Assembly: GCA_001179505.1 (NCBI GenBank)
Contig: CDMY01000227.1
Location: 558,001 to 622,000, forward strand
Origin: Vitrella brassicaformis CCMP3155
Lineage: Eukaryota; Protista; Chromerida
DNA: 64,000 nt
Direction of reading: 5' to 3'
The notes below the pieces were generated by a model. It made no database searches and was not told where the DNA came from. It saw only the letters and a list, made by a program, of their open reading frames with translations. Shown here piece after piece: positions 1 through 12,300 of this stretch. Positions within the stretch are counted from its first letter, which is position 1. Each line of letters opens with the position of its first letter. Both the position numbers and the translations under genes were made by a program.

Positions 1-310
1 CCAGCCACAGCACACACACCATGAACCATCATCACAACGCATTCAGATGCGAACGCATTCGTTCATGCATGTGGCCACCGGCTTTGTTGCTCACCATGGT
101 CGGATGCAGCTACACTCACGTGTGTCGGTGGTGCTCACACAGGCTCTCTACAGCGAAAGAAGGAAAAAGAGGCGATCTTGCAAGCTCAGCGAATACAACA
201 GCTCAGCCGACAAAGGGAGAAGGAGCAAATGAACGCGGCTCAGCTGCTCGTGTTGACGGCAGCTAGCAGCTGACGGCGAGATCTGGCAAGATCTGCCAGG
301 CGCCTGCAGG

Positions 311-967
311 ATGGTGTATCTTGAGGACTTCGATGAGTTCCAGAGCGCAGCGCAGGAGCTCTTCGCCAAGAACTCGGGACACAGACAGGTGAACGAACGC
401 ACTCACAGCGTCTGCCGCCAGACACAACTCTGTGCTGCCTGGCCTGGCTTGGCTTGGCTTGTTCAGGTACGTTATCAGGTCAAGTATCGCCACTGCGACG
501 GCAAGGTGGTCCTCAAGGTCACTGACGACCGAGTGGTCAGCCAGTGCCTGCCACGCACCAACCAAGGCAGTCAGCCAGCCAGCGGTCTCTCTGTGTGCGT
601 GGGGGTGACTGTGACTGTGACTGTGTGTGTTCCCCCAGTGTTTGAAGTACAAGACGGACCAGCTGACTGACATGCGGCGGATAGAGCGCCTCACTGTCCT
701 CTTCATGCGATGGACCACGTTCAAGGACGTACAGAAGGCCGACCAACTACCCACAGAGCTTGAAGGTACACAAACACACAAACACACACACAGAGGGACG
801 GACGGACGGACTGACACAACACAAGGACCACCAGGAGAGCCGCAGTCTGCCCAAATGTGTCTGTCCTGTGATTGTCATGTTGTCTGTCTGTGTCGCTTGC
901 AGAGTCAGGCGAGGCAGCGGCAGCCGCTGGCGGGAGGGCACAGAAGAAGAAGAAGCGGCGAGGCTGA
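311..967 (+). CDS. SRP9: Signal recognition particle 9 kDa subunit (4 exons: 311-388, 467-535, 639-765, 903-967)
   Basis: Spliced product MVYLEDFDEFQSAAQELF...RYQVKYRHCDGKVVLKVTDDRVCLKYKTDQLTDMRRIERL matches the SRP9 pattern (YRHCDGKLVLKLTDD, CLxYKTDQ). GT-AG introns keep the frame. Basic C-terminal tail QKKKKRRG. Confidence 0.88.
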
Positions 968-1545
968 CCTGACATGACCAGCCTGCAGCCAGGCTGGTGC
1001 CTGCCTGCCTGCCTGCCTCGACGTCGTTGCTTGGTTGGCTGATTGAGTTGTGTCCTTATCGACTGACTGGCTGAGCGTGCCGCCCAAAGCTGCACGTATG
1101 CCTCGCTTGCTTTTATGTAGAGTGCGGGCGCGAGGCGGGATGAATGGATATGGGTGGACACTGCCTGCCTGTGTGCATACAAACATGCAATTAGTTTCCT
1201 GCGTGTCAGCCAACGTTTTCTTCATAGGCTTAAGTTAACCGCACATAAATTGAGCATTGGTCCATCATATCCGTCCATCCATCCATCCACTCACTCAACC
1301 ATCGGCACCTCACCTAGCACGCCTCCCCTCCCGCCGCACCGCAGCGATTGACAGACAGATAAGTGCCTTTCCTCGGCCTGGCTGACAAATCAATCCCTCG
1401 CACATCGAAACCAGAGAGGGACCATCATGATCTCCTCTGAGATGGGCCGACGGCCTCCCTGCACCTAGCGTACCTGAAGGAGGGAGCATCAAACAGCACG
1501 AAAGAAACAGTAAGCATCACATCGCCCGCTGTCTGCCCATGCTAT

Positions 1546-2941
1546 CTATGTTCTCTTCTCTCCCTGGATGGACGAGCTGAGCTCACCATACCATGCTTTG
1601 AACTCCGCATTGCTGTCCTGCAGGACCTTCAGGGTGGTCATGTCACGCATGGCGCTCAGCTGCCCGTAGATGATCAGGTCGGCCATGTTGGGACTCTCAC
1701 CCCCCCTGCGTTGATTGATTGCGTCACCGCCATCCATCCAGCCATCCATCCGGCAATGTTCGTTTGTGTCGTGCGAGTGAGTGTACGGTACGCACCTGAA
1801 TTTGCCGCCCTTGTCGCTGACGCGCTTCATCCAGTCAGCGATGGCGTCGAGCAGCTCCTGCCTCTCGTCGGTGATGTTGTACTTCTTCTTGAGCTTGGGC
1901 GACACTGCAGTGCATCCATCCATCATTCACGCAGTCGCCAACAGACACAGACACAGACACACGATGCTGTGCGACCCTCCCTCCCTCCCTCCCTCCCTCT
2001 GTGTGGTTGGTGTGGTGTGTGCCGACTGACCGACCCACCGAGCCACATGAAGAGGGAGCCGGTGGTCCTGAGGACCAGCTTCTGCCATGCCGTCCAGGTG
2101 CTCGCACTCTTGGACATGTACTCGAAAGCCTCGTAACTGAAACACACCACACGCACACGTACCAGCCTGCCTGCCTGCCTTGCTGGTGGGTGGTGCCTTC
2201 TGATCTGTCGCAACCGTGCCGACCTCTCCGAGAGCGTCCTGTAGATGTTTGGTGGGAAGAGGATGACCAGCTTGTCGTAAGCCCAGTCGATGTCGGCCTT
2301 CTCCTCCTCGCTGCACTTGTCGAGGCTCTTGAGCGTGGGGGATGCCGAGCCCCTGAGGTCGGCCAGCCTGTCAATGATGTTCTTGCTGTCGTTGACTTGC
2401 TCGCTGTTGACCAGGGCGATGGGCACCTTTCGGTACTTCTTGTCGGGGCTCTGGTCGATCAAGGGGTGCTTCTTGATCTCATCCTTGGTCAGGGGGTTGA
2501 CCTGACAGACACACAGACAGACACAGATGGAGGAGCATCGATGTATGGCTGACGAAGGACTTGATGTGTACTGTACCTCGATGGCTGTGTAGGGCATCTT
2601 GTTGTGGTCGAGCAAAGCCTTTAATCCACAGCAATACGGACACACTGAAACACCGACCGCCACTCAACATACAACGGCATGCAGTGCAGTTCAGTGAGGA
2701 TCCTGTGTTGTGTTTGCTGACCTTCGTACTGGAAGATGGTCACATCCGGCATTCCGGCTGCCGCTGCCGATGACGAGAAGTGCCTGCATCTTGGCACATG
2801 AGAGGGCAGCCGCCTCATAGGTGATGATGCAGCGGGTGTCTGCAAGGCTGAGGTCCATCGCGCTGATGGCTGCAGCACCCCTGTAGCAGGCAACTCATGT
2901 GTCAAACGCGTCAGCGGAGCGATGAGTCTGCGGGCCGACAT
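1546..2941 (-). CDS. PTGES2: Prostaglandin E synthase 2-like glutaredoxin/GST-fold protein with N-terminal organellar-type presequence (multi-exon)
   Basis: IFQYEVCPYCCGLKALLDHNKMPYTAIEVNPLTKDEIK, YRKVPI, NDSKNII, FPPNIYRTLSE, KKKYNITDER and PNMADLIIYGQL follow the mPGES-2 family pattern. CPYC redox motif. Arg/Ser/Ala-rich N-terminus resembles a mitochondrial transit peptide. Confidence 0.85.
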
Positions 2942-3106
2942 CTTCGCTCAGATCCCCCTTGAGCAGCGGAAGAAAAGCGAAAATACAAGAGGGCAGGCAG
3001 ATCTGCACCACCACAAGAGCCTCGAGCGTCTGTTCCGAGGGAGAACCGTTCTGAAACTCTGCGAGCTTCGACTATTCGAGCTAAGCTTCGCGGAAAGGAA
3101 GTTGAG

Positions 3107-4015
3107 ATGAGTTTCTCTTCGTCTTATTCGTTTTCGTCATCGTCCGCGTGGCCGTGGAAGTCCATCGCGCAGTATGCAGGTCTGGCAGCAGCTGTGGGTC
3201 TGGTCTTCTACCTCACGTCGGAGCGACGGCCTCGGCGGCGCACCCTGAAGCGCGAGGAGCTGGTCAACATCCTGTTGGACCTGTCCAAGGACATGTATGT
3301 GGTCTTCACCGACCTGGCGCAGGTGTCGCAGAGCATCCACCGCCAGCTGGTGTCCAAGGGGCTTGACAAGCAGCTGGACAGCGAGCAGCTCGAGGGCATG
3401 CTGATGATGCAGGGCATGCAGCAGAAGTTCAAGGACACCCAGCTGGCCGTCTTCGACCGCCACAAGGTCAGCGAGGGCGACGTGGAAACCGCCACCAAGA
3501 AGCACGAGGACGACCCCGAGGTGCAGAAGTACGTCAAGGGCCTCAAGGTCATGTACAGCGAGGCCATCAAGGGAGACCTTCCGATGTTCCCCGGCCTCCA
3601 GCTGCCCGACACCCTCACCAAGGACAAGTACTTCGAGATCCTCGAGGACATCAACAACGAGAAGCTCAAGCGGTTCCGGCCCATCCTGAGCGAGATGAGG
3701 AGCGACAGCAGCAAGGCCACCAGCCCGGCGTCGCGGGAGGCCGGCGCCCTGCCGTCGAGCGAGCTGACGATGAAGCTCAAGGACGCCAGCGAGGCCGTCG
3801 AGGCCGAGATGATTGTCAAGCACGCGGCCGTCCTGGGCGAGAAGATGATGTTCGCGGCCGCCAATGCCGCCTTCTCCAAGGACGCCGACTTTCGCAAGCG
3901 GCGGTCGGATGTCGACGCTGCCCACCAGGAGCGCATTGTCAACCTTATGAAGACTATCAGTGCGGGGGGTGGTGGGGGCGGGACTGGCAGCAGCAGCAGT
4001 GCTGCCAAGGGATGA
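3107..4015 (+). CDS. Intronless 302-aa hypothetical protein with one N-terminal transmembrane anchor and a helical body
   Basis: Long ORF with strong GC3 codon bias. Hydrophobic stretch YAGLAAAVGLVFYL followed by basic RRPRRR. No microsatellites inside. No family recognised. Confidence 0.8.
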   Translation: MSFSSSYSFSSSSAWPWKSIAQYAGLAAAVGLVFYLTSERRPRRRTLKREELVNILLDLSKDMYVVFTDLAQVSQSIHRQLVSKGLDKQLDSEQLEGMLMMQGMQQKFKDTQLAVFDRHKVSEGDVETATKKHEDDPEVQKYVKGLKVMYSEAIKGDLPMFPGLQLPDTLTKDKYFEILEDINNEKLKRFRPILSEMRSDSSKATSPASREAGALPSSELTMKLKDASEAVEAEMIVKHAAVLGEKMMFAAANAAFSKDADFRKRRSDVDAAHQERIVNLMKTISAGGGGGGTGSSSSAAKG

Positions 4016-4533
4016 GGAATGGCTGGCTGCTGATGGGGGTGTCTGTCTGTCGAGCCAATCTATCGCTTTGCTGCGGCTGTGTGTGTGTGTGCACATTTCT
4101 CTCTCTTCTGTTCATACGTGCCCACAGGGGAGGGAGGAAGGGCTATGGGAGCTGTCGTTACGACCTTGTTTAAGCGAGCCTTGTTGTAGAGTTTCTACTG
4201 TGACGTACATGGATGGTATGTGAGTGCCTGGCCCGTCAGCGGGCCGGCGCGGGAGCCAACAATGATCATTCACTCATTCCCTGTTGCAGTCCTGCACTTG
4301 GATGCTTTACATCCACCCTCAGACAGTGACTTTCTCCCCACACATGACATGAGATGACATGACGTGATGTGTGTGTGGGTGAACGGCTGGGTGGGATGGG
4401 ACGGACCATTGCGTACACAGCACACGAACCATTCCCACCCCCCCGGTTTGTGTTCTGCAATCAAGAAGCTACGCACTGCACCGATACTTGCAATGCATCC
4501 ATCTGCACTACCTCAGCCGACCATCAGCCACCC

Positions 4534-7023
4534 TTAATTGAAGTTGAATCTGCTAGTGAATACGGGCTCTGCGTCGGGCCTAACTGGTGCCATGGCTTGC
4601 CCAATGGCGTCGGGCACCGACACCGACACCGCGCGCTCCCGCACCCACGAAGCTGATGAGCTCATCCAGCGAGCACAGAGACAGAGAGACAGACAGAGAC
4701 ATCGCGCATGTCATTGATTAGCCGGGCGGCTGCTGAAGTTTGTTTACCTACCTCTGTTGTGTTGGATGTGGTGGGTGAGGACGATGTTCTCGGGCAGCAC
4801 CTGCTTGTGCGCGATGCCGACCGAGTGCAGATGCGACAGGGCCATCCCAACCTGTGGGTGGGTGGGCCCGGGTGGGTGGGTGGTCACACACACACAGGCA
4901 TACAGGCAAACACGCAGCCGAGCATCACTCCTTCCTCCCCACCTGCACAACGATGTCCTTGACTATGTCCTCTGTGTACACGAAGATGCGATGCCGCCGC
5001 GGCTGCGAGAACCGAGCCGGACTGCATGGCAACCAACATCCCGCCATCCATCCATCCATCCATGCGCCCACCTGAGCATTGACGACACCATACTGGCCGA
5101 CGCCGCACTCAGCCGGGACCCCTCGGGCCGCACCGACACAGCCGGAGGAGTTGTGTCCACCGCCGTCCGCACGACACCACCACCAGCAGCAGGAGGGGCT
5201 GGGGGCGGGTGCAGGGGAGGGTCCGCTGCGGGTGGTCTGGGTGCCTGTAGGTTGTTGTCGTCCTCGATGTCGCGGCCCTCGCCCTGGCCGGTGCCGGTGT
5301 GGAGTTGGCGGATGGTGTATGAGGCGAGTTGCCGCTTGTACTTCATGGCCTGCCCGCCGGGGGAGAGCTCGGTGATGGCCGTAAGGCTGCGGGACGGCAC
5401 GTCGGCTATGATCTGTTTGGTACACACAAGTAGGGAGAGGGGAGGGGAGGCGGGTGTGTTCTTTGGTGGGTCGGGTCGCTTGCCTGTTTGACGTCAGTGA
5501 CGTGTGGGTGGTGGACCAGTGCATGGAGGGTCAGCGAACGCAACATCTGCAGCCACACACACACACACACATGCAATGCATCCCTCCCTCCATCCCTCCC
5601 TCCCCGGCCACCCACCGACCTGCATGAGTTTGGTCTCCGTCTCGCCACTCGCTAAGGCCGCCGCCTCGCGCCACAGACCCTCACACGCCACATACTGCGC
5701 ACAATAAGAAGGAAACAACACAAAGGGAAGACACACAAGGTCTTTCGCCATTGGATGTGCGTGTGGGGGGTGGTGGGATCAGTCCAATCTCTGACCCGTG
5801 CGGCCATCTGTCCTCCACCCTCGGTATCCTGCACGAGCAGCGTCTTGGAGCGCTTGGTGCGGCCCAGCTCACACACTACTCGATACTTGTCGTCCACCAC
5901 GCCCCCCACACCCACACCCACGCTACCACAGATGCTACGCTCGCCCTGGCCGTCCTCCCCCTCCCTCTCCCCCTCTTGCTGGTCTGGCCGGCCCTGCTCG
6001 TCGAGAGGCAGGCCCCAGTTGTTGGCCTGGGCGAGCCACTCGTCGAGCAGAGAGCCCGCAGACGGCGACTCGGTGAAGCTCTCGCCGTGCATGGCCTGCC
6101 AGATGGAGGCGATGCTGCTGCACACATCACACACGAATATGACACACACGTAGAGATGCATCTGTGGATCGATCTATACCGTCTTGCTGTGGCGGCGGGG
6201 CTATTCTCTTCCTCTACACTCATCATGGCGGCGTCATCCCCGCCGTACGCCGAAGAACCGACAACAGATCTGCACACATGGACAAGTGGACGGATGAAAG
6301 ATACAATAGAGAGGAAGCGGCATGTGTGTGTACGTGTGTCAGTTACTGCATTAGCGGCCGCAGGTGTGCCACCGCCGGGTGTGCGAAAACATCGGGCAGC
6401 GTCAGACGCTGCGAAGTGTCGGGGTGCAGCATGCCTCTGCACCAACCACACACAACACAGACGCAAACAGACCGCTTCATCCATCCATCCATCCATCCAT
6501 CCATGTGTGTGTGTGTGCTGTACTCGAGTAGGTTTCGCATGTCGGTTGAGATGGCCGGTTCGGGAGGGAGGGCGACCCGCAGGTCCCCTCGGTAGCACTG
6601 CAGCTCGTAATCAGACCTCGACAGCTCCCTGCAGTCCACCACCAACAGCCAAACCGAACCAAACCATCCATCCATCCATCCATCCATTTTTGTCCCCGGC
6701 TCACTGACATCCAGGGGATGCGTCCGTAGAGCAGCACGGCCGCCGTGACGCCCAGACCCCACACATCCCTCGCGCGCCCGTCGTGAGATCTGTCCTCCTC
6801 CCCATTGCCGACGAAACACTCTGGCGGGAGGAAGCACGGGTGGCGATACTGACCTGCAGCCGGTACAGTAGCATAGGTCAGATCAGATCAGATCATAGAT
6901 CAGATCCACACAACAGATGGTGGACGCACCTGTGCCGCGCACTTTGAAGTCGGATTCGTTGACGGGTTCCGCCGCGTCAAGCGTGTGAAGCTTCACGGGG
7001 CAACGAAAACCGGGCATCGCCAT
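4534..7023 (-). CDS. CAMKK-like pseudokinase with circularly permuted subdomain order (VII-XI, linker, I-VIb); about 10 exons
   Basis: Spliced order: MAMPGFRCPVKLHTLDAA (VII), FLPPEC (VIII), RDVWGLGVTAAVLLYGRIPW (IX), MLHPDTSQRLTLPDVFAHP (XI), then YRVVCELGRTKRSKTLLVQD (I), MAARYV (II), HHPHVTDVKQIIADVPSRSLTAITELSPGGQAMKY (IV-V), DIVVQVGMALSHLHSVGIAHKQVLPENIVL (VIa-b). In-frame TAG precedes the ATG at 7023. The last exon is uncertain. Confidence 0.75.
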
Positions 7024-7107
7024 TTTCTATATATCAAAGGATTCTTCTCAAAACCGTTTCACAACGGTCGTACAGGCATCGTGTACGATTCCAAGTGGCA
7101 GCGAACG

Positions 7108-7611
7108 ATGGTATTTGCCCTGTCGCTGGCCTCTTTTCTCCCGCGCGGCTGCTGCAGATGTGGCGCAAACCATCCATGAGCGTCGGGCTGCAGATGGCAG
7201 TGGCGGCCCTATCGATACCCTCAAGCAGGAGGTATACAGACGCGCAGCCAGCCAGACACACGGACACACGGACAGACAGACCGGCGTTCTGTGTGGCAGT
7301 TTAAGGAGTTCTTGACGGCTCTCAAGGTGAAGGGAGAATCCGAAGACACCGCTGGTACGCAACAGGTGCAATGCGTGTGTGCCCATCCATCCACATGCGT
7401 GTGAGTGCAGGCAAAGACAGGGAGCAAGGAGAGAAGGAGGACATCGACTCGGAGTCAGACGACCAAGCCACAGAAGAAGACACAGATGACGTTGAGGAGG
7501 ACCCATGGGAGGGTGGGTACCCCATTTCCTTTTTCAACAAGACGGAGGAAGAGCAGGAACAGATACTGCTGCAACAGGTAGGTACACACCCATCCACCCA
7601 CCCACGTGCAC

Positions 7612-7646
<35 letters not shown>

Positions 7647-9278
7647 TGGCCGTCCTCTACCAGGCTGACACGGACGAGCTGATGCTCACTGACGAGGAGA
7701 GGAAGGAGCTCGAGGAAGAGATTGCGGCCAACAGGAAGGCGCGCCAGAAAAAGTGGAAAAAGGGCAAGAAAAAGAAGAAGAACGAACCTCCTAACTTCAT
7801 CATCATGTTTTCCGACGACCAAAGATGGGATGCTGTCGGTACGGACACACACCTAACTATGTGGGTGGGTGGGTCGGTGGATGGATGGGTGGACGTGTGT
7901 GTGTCTGTGTGCAGGTCTGGTCCAGCAGCGGCTGTCTGATGAAGATCGTCTGTTTCCCTTCTTCATGAGCGAGACCCCCCAGATGGACCGCATGATCAAG
8001 TCAGGACGCATACACATACAGAGGCAGAGGATGTGTGTGTGTGCTGCAATCAATCAATGATTGCAGGGAAGGCGTGTTCTTTGAGAATACGTTCGTGACC
8101 GAACCGCTGTGCTCGCCGGCCAGGGCAGCCCTGATGAGCGGTCGGTGGGGCAGAGAGCACCGCACACACACAATCCTGTGCATACGTGTGTGTGTGTGTG
8201 TGTGTGTGCAGGCGAGTACGAGCATTTTCACGGTACGGATGCACAGAGAGAGAGAGAGAGAGAGGGNNNNNNNNNNNNNNNNNNNNNNNNNNNNNNNNNN
8301 NNNNNNNNNNNNNNNNNNNNNNNNNNNNNNNNNNNNNNNNNNNNNNNNNNNNNNNNNNNNNNNNNNNNNNNNNNNNNNNNNNNNNNNNNNNNNNNNNNNN
8401 NNNNNNNNNNNNNNNNNNNNNNNNNNNNNNNNNNNNNNNNNNNNNNNNNNNNNNNNNNNNNNNNNNNNNNNNNNNNNNNNNNNNNNNNNNNNNNNNNNNN
8501 NNNNNNNNNNNNNNNNNNNNNNNNNNNNNNNNNNNNNNNNNNNNNNNNNNNNNNNNNNNNNNNNNNCTGAGGGGTCGACCCACCATTCGTGCGTACGTAT
8601 ACATTGTGTGGTCACCCACCCATTCAGGTGTGTTGGACAATGTGCTCTCTAAGTATCCGGTGCCAGGGAAAGGCGACAACATCACGCGCAACAACGACAA
8701 CACCATAGGGGACATCCTCTCTCAACACGGATACAACACCGCATTCGTGGGCAAATGGTCCGGACGCCCGTTGGACGCCCGTGTGTGTGTGTGTGCGTGT
8801 GTGTGCGTGTGTCAAGGATGCACATCCGTGTTGTGTGTTTGTCTTTGCAGGCTGGGCTCCCCACAGCGAGAAAGGCCTGGGTTCGATTTCAGTGCGTCCT
8901 TTCTGGCCCAGGCAAGCGCATGTGGGTGGGTGGGTGGGTATCATGCACCTCATGTCATGTGCGTGTGTGTGTGTGTGGTCTATAAAGGGTTCGTATTACG
9001 ACGAGTATCAGTTCTACATCAACGAGGAGGAGCGGCCTGACGACAAGAGAAAGGGATGGATCGACGGTAGGCGCCTTCCTCCCCCCTCCGCCCTCCCCCA
9101 ACACACACGTCCATCCATCCATCCATCCATCTCTCTGTCTCTGTGTGTGTGTCTGTGTGTGTGTACAGATTGGTCGACGAGCTTCGCATTGCGGTTCCTG
9201 GAGAAGTACAGACACGAACCGTTCTTCCTCGTTGTCTCACTCAAGGTGACGCACGTGACGATAGGCACACACACATGT

Positions 9279-9309
<31 letters not shown>

Positions 9310-12300
9310 CATGCACCGACCCTCCCCTTTTTGAGTGGATGCCAGGCCCCACATGTGCCTTGGGAGCCCAACACGAAGACGGAGGGCATATACAACAACA
9401 CGGACTTCCCACCGATGCCTAACGAAAACACGACACCCAGATGGTGTGCACGCACGGCACCCACCCACCCACCCACTCATGTGTCATATCCACGTGTGTG
9501 TCGATGTGTGAATGTGTGTGGCCGGGGTGTGTGGGTTAGGTACAACGCTATCAACCACACTAACCGCGAAAAACGGAGGACGACAACATCGGCCGGGTGC
9601 TCAACAAGCTTGACGACCTCGGTGATGCGCACCCTTCCACCCACCCACCCACCCACCCACCCACACCCACGTATATGTGTGCATGCATTGTGGACACATC
9701 AATTAATGTATGCACGGCAGATTTGGCCGACAACACTGTGCTCATGTTTTTCTCCGACAACGGCTATTTCCTGAACTCCCACGGCCGGCTCGGCAAGCGG
9801 TCGCCTTACGAGGAGTCCATTCGGATACCGTTCATCGTCCGATACCCAGACATGATCGAACCCATACGTACGCACAAAATCGCACATGTACCACTCTCTG
9901 TCTCTCTCTCTGTGTGTGTGTGTGTGTGTGTGTGTGCAGCTGACACCGGCCGATTTGAGAAGGACCTAGTGCTCCATTTTGACATCACTGCAACAGTGCT
10001 CGATCTCGCCGGCATCGAGCAGCCACCCCATTACCAGGTCCGTCCGCCACTCACGCCCACACACTCCCAATTGTATGTGTGTGTTTCCATGGACATGCAC
10101 ACACAGGGGAAGAGCCTCCGACCATTATTCGAGAAGAGCCCGGAAGACCCCCCATTGCTCGACGACTGGCGAGAAGGCGTGCTGACCAACTTTCACAAGG
10201 ACCCCGCGCCGACTTGGCCGACATGGTTCTCGTGGCGCACGCAGACGCACAAGATCAACGAGTACTCGCGCTACAAGGACCGGAGGGAGGTGTTTGACCT
10301 TACGAAGGACAAGTATGAGATGACTAATTTGGCCAAGGACGACAGCGACGAGAGCCGGGAGCTGGTCGAGGAGTTGAGGGCTGCACTCAACACCAAGCTT
10401 TATGAGGCCGGGTGAGTGGGTGGGTGGGTGGGTGACATGCCACCACACACACACACACACACACGTGTCCCTCCCTCTCTCCCTCCCTCCCTCCCTGTCT
10501 GTGTGTTTGTCAGGGTGCCACACCGAATGCCATGATTCCGTGACACGCCCGTCAAGCGCCCCTACCCATTCGGGGCACGTAACCCACCCACACCCACACC
10601 CACACCTCTGTGTGCATCAATCAATCAATCATCAGGTGTCCCTATGGGTGTTTGACAACAAGTCCCCCCGTGACCTCCGCAAGAGCAACGACGGGCGGCT
10701 GGAGGGCGGCGCCACCATCACTACCACAGACAGGCGGGGCCCCAACGACGGCCATCTCGTCTTGGGGCAGGGCGGCGAGGGCTATATGGACGTGTCGCAC
10801 GAGTCGTTCGGCAAGGCGGTTGTCGACCGCAGTGTGTCGCTGTGGTTCAAGGCTGATGACCCGCTCATGAAGGACCCACAGACACTATACGCTGAAGGGT
10901 GGGTGGGTGCGTGAAAAGGCGCACACATATGGACGGACACGCAGAATGGGTGGGTGGATGTATGGGGTGTGTGTGTGTGTGCAGGGATGAGGAGGCCGGT
11001 GTATCAATGGCGATCAAGGGCGGCCTGCTGGAAGGCTACGTCGCATCAGAGGGCCGCAACGCCACCATCCGCGTCCACATGACGAGCACCGAATGGACTC
11101 ACGTGGCCGTGCGCTTCCTCGGCGGCAACGAAACCTTCTCCCTCTTCGTCAACGGCAAGCTCATCGCCACACAAGAAACTGAATTCGATGCCATCGCCGC
11201 GAAAGCCGAGAACGCGGCCATTGGTGCTTACCTCCCACCGTCATCCTCCGATAATGAGCCGTCATCCTTTTTCTCCGCCTCGGTCGACGACGTCCGTGTG
11301 TACGCCTTCGAGGAAACGATCCGTGACGACGTGCTGGCGTCGCAGGGGCGGCTGCTTGCCCAATGGTCGTTTGAGGACACTTCCAACGACACCAACGCAG
11401 AGACAAACGGCACTTTCAAGAGAGAGGGAGACGAAGAAACCGCTCATGATGACGAGCAGCAGCAAGAACAACAAGAGGCGTTGAGTGAGGACGCGGCCCA
11501 GGTTGGGAAGGCGCTTGTGCTGGACGGGGAGAGCACGTGGGTGGACATCAGTGGGGACCTCATCACGCGGCGGTTCTCGGCCCTGTCGCTGGCGTTCTGG
11601 ATGAAACCTGGAGGGGAAGATGGCTTCATTGCGAGGGTCTCAAAGTTGAATGAGAGCATGATGATTTTCGAGACAGCTATCATGCACGTGTTGTCTGTCT
11701 GTCTGTGTGTGTGTGTGTGTGTGTGCATGTGTGTGCAGGGCGGAGAATCTGCGGGTGTCTCTGTCGGTCTGGTGCCCATCGACAACACGCTCGACGCTGC
11801 CATTTCAAGCTCAGGTGGGTAATCTCCACCCACCCACCCACCCACTATCCATTGTGTGCAGACGACGACCGGCACATCCTCTCCGTCCCCTTCACCCTCT
11901 CCCTCTACCCCTACGAGCACATCCCCGCATGGACACACATCACCCTCATCTTCGACGGCACCAACAACGGCCTCTTGGCCATCTATATCAACGGCACACA
12001 GGCGGGCAGCGTCGAGACGGGTTTCCACATGATCCCCCACTCCGACGAGAGCAACAGCGCTATCGGCAGGGCGCATGACACCACGGCGTTCGGCCCTCTC
12101 TATGAACCGTACCAAGTGCGAATGGCGAGGGAAGAGCTAGAGAGGCTGGCACGGCTTGCTGACGAGGAAAGGAGGCGACTTGCGCATATCGCAATGGGTA
12201 CGCCACTCTGCCCCTCCCGACCTCCACACACACACACAGACACTTTCGTGTGTGTGTCCATCGATTCATGTGCAGTGCCCGAAGACAGGGAGCATGACAG

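Noticed and set aside
3137-4096. Long antisense ORFs (319 aa and 266 aa) opposite the 3107-4015 gene
   Set aside because: Shadow ORFs produced by GC3-biased coding on the other strand; no independent motifs
8001-9040. ORFs spanning N runs (also at 14343-15021, 21931-22992 and 23874-25181)
   Set aside because: Artefacts of translating through 300-N placeholder gaps
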